Of a stretch of DNA of 64,000 nt, positions 46,157-55,928 are shown one piece after another. The notes beneath the pieces were generated by a model. It was not told the DNA's origin and ran no database searches. It saw nothing but the letters and a program-made list of their open reading frames with translations. The position numbers were made by a program, and so were the translations under genes. Source of the stretch: an uncultured Candidatus Saccharibacteria bacterium (GTDB lineage Bacteria > Patescibacteriota > Minisyncoccia > Phycocordibacterales > UBA6899); NCBI GenBank assembly GCA_964469335.1, contig CAYXYK010000003.1:3315-67314 (forward strand). The letters are read 5' to 3'. Numbering within the stretch: position 1 is the first letter of the stretch; every line of letters begins with the position of its first letter.

Positions 46157-47467
46157 ATGGCGAAGCTTGCGATCAATGGGGGTGAACCAGTGCGTGCAAA
46201 GGACAGGCTCTTTCCCGCATACAACGGTATCGGTGAAGAAGAGAAAAATGCGGCGATGCGTGTGCTCAACTCCGGAGTGCTGTCGAAATATCTCGGGTGC
46301 TGGGATCCGGACTTCTATGGCGGTGCAGAGGTGCAGGCATTCGAGAAAGAGTGGGCAGTCAGATTCGGAGTGAAGCATGCGGTCGCGATGAACTCGGCGA
46401 CCTCGGGACTCATCGCGGCGGTCGGTGCACTCAATATCGAACCAGGTGACGAGATCATCGTCTCACCGTATTCGATGTGTGCCTCCGCGACCGTGCCACT
46501 CTGGTATGGTGCAGTACCGGTATTCGCGGATATCGAGCCGGAATATTTCTGCCTCGACCCGAAGTCAGTCGAAGCGGCCATCACTCCTCGCACCAAAGCG
46601 ATCATCGTCGTCGATATCTTCGGACAGCCATACGATGCGGATGCGATCAATGCGATCGCGAAGAAACATGGTATTGCGGTCATCGAGGATGCGGCACAGG
46701 TGCCAGGTGCATTCTATAAAGGACGCGCGGCAGGAACACTTGCCGACATCGGCGTGTATTCGCTCAACTACCACAAGCACATTCATACCGGAGAGGGGAC
46801 ACTCGTCGTCACCAATGATGACAAGCTCGCCGAGCGGCTGCAGCTCATCCGCAATCATGCCGAAGCGGTGGTCGAAGATAAGGGAGTATCTGACCTCACC
46901 AACATGGTCGGGCAGAACTATCGGCTCACTGAGATACAGGCGGCGATAGGGCGTGAGCAGCTCAAGAAGCTCGACAAACTGGTGAAGGAGCGTCAGGAGA
47001 ATTGCGCATACATCGCCGAGCACTGTCAGGACATGCCCGGTTTCCGTCCTGCGAAACTTCGCCCTGATTCGACCCATGTGTTCTATCAGCACCCATTCCT
47101 TTTCGATGAAACAGTTGTCGGTGTGTCGCGAGCGAAGTTCGTTGATGCGATCCGTGCTGAACTACCCGCTACACTGCTGCGCGAATCAGACGGTCCGCTG
47201 ATTTCCGGCGGTTACGTGAAGCCCATTTACCTGATGCCGATATTCGCGAAACAGATCGCATTCGGCACGAAGGGATACCCGTTCAAGTCCGAGTTTTACA
47301 AAGGAAAGACAAGGTACGAGAAGGGCATGTGTCCTGTCGTGGAAAATTTGCACGAGAAAGGATACGTTTCCCATGAGATGATGCGCCCAGGTATGACGAA
47401 GAGCGATCTCGATGATGTGATCGCGGCATTTCACAAGGTGTATGAGAATCGTAGTGAGATAATTTAA
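46157..47467 (+). CDS. DegT/DnrJ/EryC1/StrS-family PLP-dependent aminotransferase (long form)
   Basis: The segment SLNYHKHIHTGEG contains the PLP-Lys. The overall layout is DegT-family. Confidence 0.85.
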   Translation: MAKLAINGGEPVRAKDRLFPAYNGIGEEEKNAAMRVLNSGVLSKYLGCWDPDFYGGAEVQAFEKEWAVRFGVKHAVAMNSATSGLIAAVGALNIEPGDEIIVSPYSMCASATVPLWYGAVPVFADIEPEYFCLDPKSVEAAITPRTKAIIVVDIFGQPYDADAINAIAKKHGIAVIEDAAQVPGAFYKGRAAGTLADIGVYSLNYHKHIHTGEGTLVVTNDDKLAERLQLIRNHAEAVVEDKGVSDLTNMVGQNYRLTEIQAAIGREQLKKLDKLVKERQENCAYIAEHCQDMPGFRPAKLRPDSTHVFYQHPFLFDETVVGVSRAKFVDAIRAELPATLLRESDGPLISGGYVKPIYLMPIFAKQIAFGTKGYPFKSEFYKGKTRYEKGMCPVVENLHEKGYVSHEMMRPGMTKSDLDDVIAAFHKVYENRSEII

Positions 47468-47476
47468 ACTAAATCC

Positions 47477-48544
47477 ATGCAGAGAAAAACATTCGCAAAA
47501 GTTGCCTATCAGAAACACCCCGATGCTACCGGTGAGCGTATTGCCGCATCCCTCATGAACGGGGAAACGAAAGCGAGCAAGCAGGATGTGGAGATCGCAG
47601 AAGAGATCCTGAGGGTCCACGAATACCTCAAGAAGGAATCAGTGGCTACCGGAGAGTGGAAATGGATCAATGACAATAAGCGTGCAGGATATATGAAAGC
47701 ACTGAACGGAGGAGATAAGTTCATGCTTGCTGAATATCTCGCGAACATGTTCCGACGCGATGCCGCATATGGGATCATCACCGGCGACTACGAGGGGATC
47801 CAAAAGAAAGAACAACAGTTCGAGCTTGAGAATCAAGTGCTACTCGATCTTGATGTCCTCGCTGAGTTCGACGGCTCAACCGAAATGAAAACGAAGTGGC
47901 TCAAAGATCATTCCAAGTGCGGAAATCCATTCGGTTACCTGACCCAAAAGAATGAGCTCATCATCGCGGATGCTCCGCGTCATGTGTATTTCGCCAACAG
48001 ACTGCTCGGGCTGCTTGCTGATGCCAAGATCACAGCACCGACCGTTCTCGAGATCGGTGGCGGTTATGGTGGGCTGTGTCTTGAGACCATCCGTCGTGCG
48101 AAGTTCAAGAAGTTCCAATATATCGATTGTGATCTTCCCGAAACACTCTATATGGCGTACTTCTTCCTGAAGAAGGCACTCCCCAAAGGCACACGCATCG
48201 AATGGGCACTTGAGAAAGTACCGAATGCAGACGTCGTGCTCTTGCCTGCGCAGAAAAAACATCTCATCAAAAAAGCCGATCTAATGTTCAATGCGAACAG
48301 TCTCTCTGAGATGGGAAAACAGACTGTTTGGGAATACATCGCACTGCTACACAGACTCAAGCCGACCTATTTCTATCACCAGAACAGCAATTATGTGCTT
48401 TTCCCTGATTCCGTTCGTCACATCGAAGTGATCGCCTCAGAATTCCCAATTAAAGAAGCACTCTACAAGAAAGTATCGATGTCGCTCGTTCCTTGGCAGG
48501 GTGCAGGGGGGCGATATCGCGAGTATCTCTATAAAAAGAAATAA
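47477..48544 (+). CDS. putative SAM-dependent methyltransferase (sugar O-methyltransferase-like)
   Basis: Glycine-rich VLEIGGGYGGLCL motif I-like segment. The rest is unrecognised. Confidence 0.45.
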   Translation: MQRKTFAKVAYQKHPDATGERIAASLMNGETKASKQDVEIAEEILRVHEYLKKESVATGEWKWINDNKRAGYMKALNGGDKFMLAEYLANMFRRDAAYGIITGDYEGIQKKEQQFELENQVLLDLDVLAEFDGSTEMKTKWLKDHSKCGNPFGYLTQKNELIIADAPRHVYFANRLLGLLADAKITAPTVLEIGGGYGGLCLETIRRAKFKKFQYIDCDLPETLYMAYFFLKKALPKGTRIEWALEKVPNADVVLLPAQKKHLIKKADLMFNANSLSEMGKQTVWEYIALLHRLKPTYFYHQNSNYVLFPDSVRHIEVIASEFPIKEALYKKVSMSLVPWQGAGGRYREYLYKKK

Positions 48545-48546
48545 CC

Positions 48547-49212
48547 ATGGCACAAGAAAAAATATTTTTACAGAAAGAGGGAGACGCGTATTTCTCTCGG
48601 AACAAGAGCGATCTGGTCGACGGGAAATTCCCTGACCCGGTACTCTACCTCGTCTCTCAATACGGCATCAAGGCGAAGAAAGTACTCGATATCGGCTGTT
48701 CGAACGGAAGCAAGCTAGCTGCCATACTCGAAGCCTGCGGAGGAAAGGGAACCGGAGTCGAACCCGGGGCAAAAGCCATAGCAGACGGAAAAAAACGTTT
48801 CCCGAAGATCGACTTCAGGCGCGGTGTCGTGTCGGAGCTTCCGGTGAAGGGTACATTCGACCTCGTTACACTCATGTATGTGATGCACTGGGTCTCTCGT
48901 GGGGACCTGCTTAAGGCTGTTTCAGAGATCGATCGGGTGGTCTCGGATGGAGGGTATCTCATCATCGGCGACTTCGACCCGAACACTCCTGCGATGAGGA
49001 GGTATCACCATCTACCCAGTGATGAGGTATACACGTATAAACAAGACTATGCAGCGATATTCGCAGCAACACAGATATACCAACGCATCGCCCAGATGTC
49101 GTTCACGCATGCCGCGAACACCTTTGCTCCGGATCTTCATGGGGGGAACCGCGGAGTCGTGACGCTTTTACGAAAAGACCTCACCGGCAGATATCTTCGT
49201 GAAGATAAATGA
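48547..49212 (+). CDS. class I SAM-dependent methyltransferase (small, resembles nonulosonic-acid-cluster-associated methylases)
   Basis: VLDIGCSNGSKL motif I and LMYVMHWV...DGGYLIIGDFDP. Confidence 0.65.
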   Translation: MAQEKIFLQKEGDAYFSRNKSDLVDGKFPDPVLYLVSQYGIKAKKVLDIGCSNGSKLAAILEACGGKGTGVEPGAKAIADGKKRFPKIDFRRGVVSELPVKGTFDLVTLMYVMHWVSRGDLLKAVSEIDRVVSDGGYLIIGDFDPNTPAMRRYHHLPSDEVYTYKQDYAAIFAATQIYQRIAQMSFTHAANTFAPDLHGGNRGVVTLLRKDLTGRYLREDK

Positions 49213-50114
49213 GTAAAAGCGAACAAAAAGAGACACTCGTTTTCGCGCATGACGCAGGAGGAGCGGAGATCATCGCCGCCTATGTAGCGGCACATCCCGA
49301 GAAACCGTTCGCGTGCTATGTTGCCGGACCAGCAGTAAAAATCTTCGAGCGCCAGCGTGTTCCGGCAAGGAAGATTGATATAGTAAAGCAGGTAATTGAA
49401 GCGACAGTAGAAAAGCAACATGACGCGGCGCTTGTGCTTCTGGGTACCGGCTGGATGACGAAGATGGAAGCGTGGGCGCTTCACGCTGCTAAACAGAGAG
49501 GAATGAAGACCGCGTGCTACCTCGAGTCTTGGGTCAACTATCGTGAACGTTTCGGCTATCCTGAAAAAACATGGAAGGAGCGACTTCCTATCGAGATATG
49601 GGTCGGGGATGCATACGCGCAGACTCTCGCAGAGAAACTCTTTCCAGGTTCGCAGCGAATACGCTATGTACCCAATCAATACTTCAAACAGATCAAATTG
49701 CGCGCAAAGGAGATCCGTAGCACGGTGCCGCGAGGAAAGGGGATACTCTTTCTTTCGGACGCTGTCCCAGGTGTCGAGCGTTCACTCGAGAAGCTACTCC
49801 AATATGTCGCAAAGGAGCTGCCTGAGGAAACAGTACGTGTGAGCTTCCATCCGGCTGACCCGTCTGACCGATATGATGCCGTTATCGAGAAGTATGCAGA
49901 CATGGTTTCAGTGAATAAGGCAAAGGAAAAGGACATTGTCCGCAACCTTCTCTCAGCTCGGCTCGTTGTAGGAGCTGAGACGGTCGCACTCGTGGTTTCG
50001 GCGCTGCTTGGAATGCCGACCGTGTGTATTCTGTCAAAGAAAAGTCAGCGCAAGCTTCCACATCCAGGAATCCTTTATGTCAGAAACATGAAAGAAGCCG
50101 CTAACTTGATTTAA
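49209..50114 (+). CDS. hypothetical GT-B-like protein, candidate PseG/SpsG-like nucleotide-sugar hydrolase
   Basis: The two-lobe pattern (LVFAHDAGGAEII...GILFLSDAV...LLSARLVVGAETVALVVSALLGMPTVCIL) is reminiscent of GT28-C/PseG. Tentative. Confidence 0.35.
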   Translation: MSKSEQKETLVFAHDAGGAEIIAAYVAAHPEKPFACYVAGPAVKIFERQRVPARKIDIVKQVIEATVEKQHDAALVLLGTGWMTKMEAWALHAAKQRGMKTACYLESWVNYRERFGYPEKTWKERLPIEIWVGDAYAQTLAEKLFPGSQRIRYVPNQYFKQIKLRAKEIRSTVPRGKGILFLSDAVPGVERSLEKLLQYVAKELPEETVRVSFHPADPSDRYDAVIEKYADMVSVNKAKEKDIVRNLLSARLVVGAETVALVVSALLGMPTVCILSKKSQRKLPHPGILYVRNMKEAANLI

Positions 50115-50155
50115 GCGAAGAAGGTGAGTACTATTGGAACACTAACATTTTGCCT

Positions 50156-51172
50156 ATGAAGGAAATCGATATTTTAGCAGGGAAAACCGTCCTCATTACC
50201 GGAGGAACTGGATCATTCGGAAAGAATTTCACCAAACATATTCTTGCCAATTCGAAACTAAAGAAACTCATCATCTTCTCCCGCGATGAGCTCAAGCAGT
50301 CAATGATGGAGAATGAGATCAAGGACGATCGTCTGCGCTTCTTTCTCGGTGACGTGCGTGACCTTCCTCGTCTAGAGCGCGCGTTCCATGGTGTTGATAT
50401 CGTCGTCCATGCTGCGGCACTCAAACAGGTTCCTGCGCTTGAGTATAATCCGTTCGAAGCCGTGAAGACCAACATCATGGGCAGCCAGAACATCATCGAC
50501 GCAGCCATAGATAACAATGTGCAGCAGGTCGTGCTCGTCTCGACAGACAAGGCAGCGATGCCGGTCAATCTCTATGGTTCGACCAAACTCTGTGCGGAGA
50601 AACTGATGACCGCGGCGAACTCATACGGAGGAGGGAACACCCGCTTCTCGGTGGTCCGCTACGGCAATGTAGTTGGTAGTCGCGGCAGTATCGTCGAGAC
50701 ACTAATCAAGAACCGTGATGCGAAGGTGGTGCATGTCACTGATGAGCGAATGACCCGTTTTTGGATCAATCTCGAGCAGGCTTTTGATATCGTCCTCTTC
50801 GCACTCACACATATGGACGGAGGAGAGATATTCATCCCGAAGGCGCCTTCAATGAAACTCACCGACCTATTCGATATCATCGTCCCAGAGGCAAAACGCA
50901 ATATCATCGGCATCCGCCCTGGAGAGAAGCTTCATGAGGTGTTGCTCACCCGAGAAGAAGCCCGCCATGCGGTCGATTTCGGCGACTACTATGTCGTCCT
51001 CCCGGAGAAGCACCCTCATCTCCACGACTCGACCCGTGGGCAAAAGTTCATGAAGCCCGGCAGTGCGCTCGGAGACGACTTCCATTTCTCCAGCGAAACG
51101 AATGAGAAACAGATGTCAAAAGAGCAGCTCCTTACTATTGTAAAGAATATCGAGAAACTAATTACCGGATAA
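50156..51172 (+). CDS. PseB/CapD/FlaA1-family UDP-GlcNAc 4,6-dehydratase
   Basis: LAGKTVLITGGTGSFGKNF, then IFSRDE...DVRD, VVHAAALK and YGSTK are hallmarks of the Polysacc_synt_2 (PseB/LegB) family. Confidence 0.85.
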   Translation: MKEIDILAGKTVLITGGTGSFGKNFTKHILANSKLKKLIIFSRDELKQSMMENEIKDDRLRFFLGDVRDLPRLERAFHGVDIVVHAAALKQVPALEYNPFEAVKTNIMGSQNIIDAAIDNNVQQVVLVSTDKAAMPVNLYGSTKLCAEKLMTAANSYGGGNTRFSVVRYGNVVGSRGSIVETLIKNRDAKVVHVTDERMTRFWINLEQAFDIVLFALTHMDGGEIFIPKAPSMKLTDLFDIIVPEAKRNIIGIRPGEKLHEVLLTREEARHAVDFGDYYVVLPEKHPHLHDSTRGQKFMKPGSALGDDFHFSSETNEKQMSKEQLLTIVKNIEKLITG

Positions 51173-51223
51173 GTTGGTGTAAAGTGTTTGTCGAAAAATG
51201 CTGTCACGATCTAAACAAATCCA

Positions 51224-52168
51224 ATGGAAAGCGAAACAAGAAAAAAAATTGAAAAGTATCCGACGCTTTGTAAGACATTCTTATACATCGAAAAGAATTC
51301 TGTTTTTTATAAGAATATCTTTGAGGCAAGCGTAACTATTCCGATTGACTACAGTACCGCAGAGCGTATTTGCTCCGACGCACTTCTCATGTGTTCCGGA
51401 GACTGGGAGGAATACACCAAGAGATTAAGAAATCTTTTTGAAATCAATTACGAGTTTCTTCAGTTACAGGATTTTCTCGAAAAGAATCGAAGATACCTTT
51501 ATACTTCATTCAAGGAGGTCGAAGAGAATGTGTTCAAAAAAGAGCGCACGAGTGGACTAGAAGGAGTCGAGTACCTCTGGGGAGTTTACTTCACAAACGT
51601 TTTTTGGGTGACACACCATCTGGCATTCATGTTCTTTATCGAGGAATTTGCGCGAAAATCACCCCTAAATGGAGTATGTCTTGAAGCGCCCACCGGGTCA
51701 GGAATCTTCCTTTCAAATTTTCTTGATGAACGTCCTCTGTGGAATGCTGAGAGCGTTGATATCAGCGAAACATCCAAGAGCTTTGCTACGAATCTTCACA
51801 ACATAAAACACACATCAGAACATGTCCGATTGTTGAATCAAGACATCTATAAATACACCAGCGATAAAAAATTCGACCGCATCATCAGTATGGAGTTCAT
51901 CGAGCACGTCGAAGATCCTGTTTCAATACTGAAAATATTGAAAAATTTACTTGCAGATGATGGTAAAATCTTCCTCACTACCGTTGCGTGGGCTGCGTTC
52001 ATAGATCATATCTATCTATACAAAAGTGCCGATGAGATCAGGGCTCATATTGCTGAAAGCGGGCTTCGTATCGAAAAGGAGTTGGTACAGAATATTTTCC
52101 CTAAGGATAAGGGGCGAACAGAAAACCGCGAAGTCGCGCTGAACTACTCTGCGATTCTTGTAAAATAA
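51224..52168 (+). CDS. class I SAM-dependent methyltransferase (C-terminal MT domain)
   Basis: VCLEAPTGSGIF motif I and FDRIISMEFIEHVEDP...DGKIFLTT. It is the first gene of the low-GC (about 40%) segment. Confidence 0.6.
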   Translation: MESETRKKIEKYPTLCKTFLYIEKNSVFYKNIFEASVTIPIDYSTAERICSDALLMCSGDWEEYTKRLRNLFEINYEFLQLQDFLEKNRRYLYTSFKEVEENVFKKERTSGLEGVEYLWGVYFTNVFWVTHHLAFMFFIEEFARKSPLNGVCLEAPTGSGIFLSNFLDERPLWNAESVDISETSKSFATNLHNIKHTSEHVRLLNQDIYKYTSDKKFDRIISMEFIEHVEDPVSILKILKNLLADDGKIFLTTVAWAAFIDHIYLYKSADEIRAHIAESGLRIEKELVQNIFPKDKGRTENREVALNYSAILVK

Positions 52169-52181
52169 TTCGATTGTAATT

Positions 52182-52958
52182 ATGACAAAAGAGTTGGTGG
52201 ACCTAAAAAGTGCCTATACAGCAGCGGGACTTGTAAAAGGAGATACTGTTTTTATTCATGCTAATCTCCTCTCATTCGGACTGGTGAGTCATGGCAAAAA
52301 AGGATTCGTTGAGTATTTCCTCTCACCACTTCTCGATATCATCGGCGATACGGGAACAATCGCCGTGCTTACATATACGTTTAGTTATGCACCTGGAAAA
52401 ATACCTTTCGTATATGAGACGAGTCCATCAGAGGCAGGGATGTTCACTGAACATATTCGCAATATGGCTGGTGCAATCAGGTCGTTTCACCCGCTCTGTT
52501 CAGTCGTTGCATTTGGTCCTCAAGCTGCAGCAATCGCTGACGTAAGCACTCGTTCGGCATTTGGATGGGGGTCTCCTTTCCATGTGCTACATCAACTAAA
52601 GGCAAAATGTCTGTATATCGGAATGACGGCGGGGCAGTCGTGCACATTCCTTCATTATGTCGAGCAAATGTATGGCGTTTCCCACTGCTACAACAAAGCA
52701 TTTTTCCATCCTGCGTACAGAGATGGTCAACTGGTCGAAGGTCCGTTTCTAGTCTATCTAAGAAACCGCAAGTCAGATGAGTATGACTTTTCTTCGTTCG
52801 AAAAAGAGATGAAAAAAAGGGGTCATATTTCAGAACAAAAGCATCGTGGAGGAATGATACAAACAATGAACTTCACGGACGTGTTCGCTGTAGGAATGGA
52901 AATGCTTCAGAACGATACGTGTGCATTTTTAAAGTCACCTTTTTATGTCACAGAATGA
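52182..52958 (+). CDS. AAC(3)-family (Antibiotic_NAT, PF02522) N-acyltransferase
   Basis: GDTVFIHANLLSFG...GDTGTIAVLTYT matches the conserved N-terminal blocks of aminoglycoside-3-N-acetyltransferase-like enzymes. Confidence 0.65.
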   Translation: MTKELVDLKSAYTAAGLVKGDTVFIHANLLSFGLVSHGKKGFVEYFLSPLLDIIGDTGTIAVLTYTFSYAPGKIPFVYETSPSEAGMFTEHIRNMAGAIRSFHPLCSVVAFGPQAAAIADVSTRSAFGWGSPFHVLHQLKAKCLYIGMTAGQSCTFLHYVEQMYGVSHCYNKAFFHPAYRDGQLVEGPFLVYLRNRKSDEYDFSSFEKEMKKRGHISEQKHRGGMIQTMNFTDVFAVGMEMLQNDTCAFLKSPFYVTE

Positions 52959-52977
52959 AGTAGATATGACACAAAAC

Positions 52978-53328
52978 ATGAACATAGATGGCGTGGGGAT
53001 CGATATCGTAGAAGTATCTCGATTCGAAGAGTTGATTGGGAAAGAAGAGCCACATCTTATCTCAAAACTGTTCACACCCCATGAACAAGAGTACTGTTTT
53101 TCCTTCAAAAATCCGGCGGTTCATTTCGCGGGGACATTCGCTGCAAAGGAGGCTGCGCACAAAGCCTGTGGGGATCGTTCTGTTGCACTCGAATCAATAG
53201 AAGTGCGTAGACTCGAAACAGGGAAGCCCGAAATCTGGATCAAGGGAAGCCGCTCGAATTCATTACTCGTCTCGATATCACATACAGATGATACTGCCTG
53301 TGCGATATCATACTTTCGTTCCATATGA
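52978..53328 (+). CDS. acpS: holo-ACP synthase (4'-phosphopantetheinyl transferase, AcpS-type)
   Basis: MNIDGVGIDIVEVSRF...FTPHEQEYC...KEAAHKA layout is typical of AcpS. The start is either 52966 or 52978. Confidence 0.7.
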   Translation: MNIDGVGIDIVEVSRFEELIGKEEPHLISKLFTPHEQEYCFSFKNPAVHFAGTFAAKEAAHKACGDRSVALESIEVRRLETGKPEIWIKGSRSNSLLVSISHTDDTACAISYFRSI

Positions 53329-54362
53329 AAAAATGTATTGTTCTTGATCTTGATAATACCCTCTGGGGAGGTGTCGTCGGAGAAGACGGCGTAAACGGTG
53401 TTGCGCTCTCACTTTCTGGCCCGGGCGCTGACTTTGTCGCCTTTCAGCAAGCTCTCCTCGATCTGTACAATCGGGGCATCATTCTTGCAATTAACAGCGC
53501 AAATAATCCAAATGATGCGCTTTCTGTCATTCGGAATAACCCAAACATGATTCTGAAGGAACAACATTTTGCCGCAATGCGTATCAACTGGGATGATAAA
53601 GTCTCAAACATAAAAGACATAGCAAAAGAGCTGAACATCGGTCTTGACTCCATGGTATTCCTCGATGATAGCGCAATTAACCGTGAGGCGATGAGAAGTT
53701 TTCTCCCCAAAGTTGAGACTCCTGAATTGCCAATCGACCCAAAAGAATATACGACTTTTCTCCTCGGACTTCCGTATTTTGTGACGAACGCCGTTACTGA
53801 CGAGGATAAAATGAGAGGGAGCATGTATGTGACCGAAAGGCTTCGTCTGGAGACAGAGAAGTCATTTGCGAATAGAGCGGACTTTTTGAAGAGCCTAGAT
53901 ATAAAAGTGAAGATATTCAATGATCCGGGCATCGCTTTGAGTCGGCTTGCTCAAATGACCGAAAAAACCAATCAATTCAATACCAATAAGATGCCCATGA
54001 ATGAAGACGAAGTTCGCGAATTCGCCGAAGACGCCCAGAAGGAAGTATTCTATGCTTCTGCCTCCGATCGATTCGGCGACCATGGTATCATTGCATTAGC
54101 GTTCATCAGTAAAGATATGAGCAATTGGCAAATCGATCCGATGCTGATGAGCTGTAGGGTGATCGGGCGCGGGATCGAAGATGCGTTTCTGTGGGGAATC
54201 GCCAAGGAGGCGAAGAAACAAGGAGCAGAAACAATCTCGGCAAATTTTGTCCAAAGTGAGAAGAATTTGCCGGCGAGAACATTCATTGAGCGCTGTTTTG
54301 GTGAAAAACGAAAAACGGAAGTTATCAATATTACTAAGCCTGATTGGATCACAATCATATGA
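53325..54362 (+). CDS. FkbH-like HAD-superfamily (subfamily IIIC) protein
   Basis: CIVLDLDNTLWGGVVGEDG is the FkbH/HAD-IIIC signature. In polyketide pathways FkbH-like enzymes load a glycolytic 3-carbon unit onto an ACP. Confidence 0.75.
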   Translation: MKKCIVLDLDNTLWGGVVGEDGVNGVALSLSGPGADFVAFQQALLDLYNRGIILAINSANNPNDALSVIRNNPNMILKEQHFAAMRINWDDKVSNIKDIAKELNIGLDSMVFLDDSAINREAMRSFLPKVETPELPIDPKEYTTFLLGLPYFVTNAVTDEDKMRGSMYVTERLRLETEKSFANRADFLKSLDIKVKIFNDPGIALSRLAQMTEKTNQFNTNKMPMNEDEVREFAEDAQKEVFYASASDRFGDHGIIALAFISKDMSNWQIDPMLMSCRVIGRGIEDAFLWGIAKEAKKQGAETISANFVQSEKNLPARTFIERCFGEKRKTEVINITKPDWITII

Positions 54363-54583
54363 AAACATTCAACAAGATAGTCTCAGAGCATTTTACTCTT
54401 GCAGAGAACGAAGTGACCGATGCACTCACTATGCATGATATACCAGGATGGGATTCAATGAATTTCCTACTTCTTATCGCGGACATTGAGAAAGAATTCG
54501 GTATGACGTTCACAATGGATGAAGTGCTCTCGTTCAATTCACTTGGCGATATTAGGAAGGTTCTCGAAGCGAAGGGGAAGTAA
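54359..54583 (+). CDS. acyl carrier protein
   Basis: About 75 aa with the GWDSMNFLLL motif (DSx, the phosphopantetheine-attachment serine). The start overlaps the upstream stop (ATGA). Confidence 0.75.
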   Translation: MKTFNKIVSEHFTLAENEVTDALTMHDIPGWDSMNFLLLIADIEKEFGMTFTMDEVLSFNSLGDIRKVLEAKGK

Positions 54584-54584
54584 C

Positions 54585-55013
54585 ATGAGTGATGTCATCC
54601 CCAAAGATAAGTCTATCCATGAGCTTAATCTTGGTGATTCGGTTTCTTTCGAGAAGATAATTACCGACGAAGACGTTTCTGTTTTCTCGAAATTGAGTGG
54701 AGACTTCAACCCCCTCCATACAGATGCTTCATACGCAGAGTTAACTCCCTTCAGAGAAAGGGTGGTTTTTGGGATGTTGCTCGGGGCATATGTCTCGCGA
54801 CTGATCGGGATGGAACTTCCAGGCACTCGTGCACTCATTTTGAAAGAATCACTTGAATTCAAAAAACCTGTGCATATTGGAGATACGATCACTGTTACTG
54901 GGAAGATCGTTTCGAAGAGTGAGTCAGTCGGACTCATTGAAGTGGGAGTATCGATTACTGTCAAAGGTGAGATAACCACTCAGGGCTCAGTTCATGTTCG
55001 AGTAAGATCATAA
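54585..55013 (+). CDS. MaoC-like (hot-dog fold) dehydratase
   Basis: SGDFNPLHTD is the MaoC dehydratase signature. GGGGAAG Shine-Dalgarno lies before the ATG. Confidence 0.75.
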   Translation: MSDVIPKDKSIHELNLGDSVSFEKIITDEDVSVFSKLSGDFNPLHTDASYAELTPFRERVVFGMLLGAYVSRLIGMELPGTRALILKESLEFKKPVHIGDTITVTGKIVSKSESVGLIEVGVSITVKGEITTQGSVHVRVRS

Positions 55014-55016
55014 CCC

Positions 55017-55733
55017 ATGACAGAAAACAACAATAAACCTCTTTTAATCATCTCTGGCGGAACCGGTTATCTGGGTAGCATTATATCCTCACGATTTATT
55101 GAACATGGCTGGAAAGTTGCAACTCTCGGACGTACCCCAACCGCTGATTCCGCTTTGTCGTACTTATGTGATGTTACCGATGAAGAGAGCATAAAAAGTA
55201 CCATCCAGCAGATCGCAGAAACACATGGACGAATTGATGCATGCATTCATGCCGCGACGCTGCCCGTTGACGCAAAGACACCACTGCTTTCCTCCTCGGT
55301 CGAATCATTCGACGCGCAGGTCGCAGTTGCAGCACGTGGAGCATTCTTGTTGGCAAAGAGCGTGGTCCCTCTCATGGCTCATGACTCTGCGTTTATCGGA
55401 GTCACTTCTGCGCTCATCGAACCAAATGTAGTTTTGTCTCCAACGGGAGCTTATATATCTGCAAAGTATGCATTGCGCGGGTTTCTCCGGTCACTTGCAG
55501 CAGAGGTGGCAAGTAAGGGGGTGCGTGTTTACGCTGTCGCTCCGGGTTTTCTTCCCGGAGGGCTGAATAAGGGTCTTCCTGATGCAATAATCAAGTTTCT
55601 AGGCAAAAAAAGTGGTGCAGGGGACTCAACCCCTGAAGATGTTGCTGACGTCGTTTTAAAGATATGTACTGAACCAGCATTCTACGCATCGGGCTCTTCG
55701 ATTTCCATACCAGGCGGGATTTCTCCTCTCTAG
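55017..55733 (+). CDS. SDR-family oxidoreductase (3-oxoacyl-ACP reductase-like)
   Basis: LLIISGGTGYLGSII cofactor motif and YISAKYALRGF (YxxxK). Confidence 0.75.
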   Translation: MTENNNKPLLIISGGTGYLGSIISSRFIEHGWKVATLGRTPTADSALSYLCDVTDEESIKSTIQQIAETHGRIDACIHAATLPVDAKTPLLSSSVESFDAQVAVAARGAFLLAKSVVPLMAHDSAFIGVTSALIEPNVVLSPTGAYISAKYALRGFLRSLAAEVASKGVRVYAVAPGFLPGGLNKGLPDAIIKFLGKKSGAGDSTPEDVADVVLKICTEPAFYASGSSISIPGGISPL

Positions 55734-55928
55734 AATTTCCAAAAAACGAAGCGGGTTAAGTATATTAACCTTAGTGGGGGCACTTTTGGTTGGTAATTTC
55801 TTGAAACTATTCTTCATATAATTCTCATTAAAATCAGAGATAATTTTGTTATACACTTAATTTCTCACTCTTGTGGGTAATAGGTGAGGTCGATTAATGA
55901 GTTTCTCATTAGTAATTACCTTAATAAA

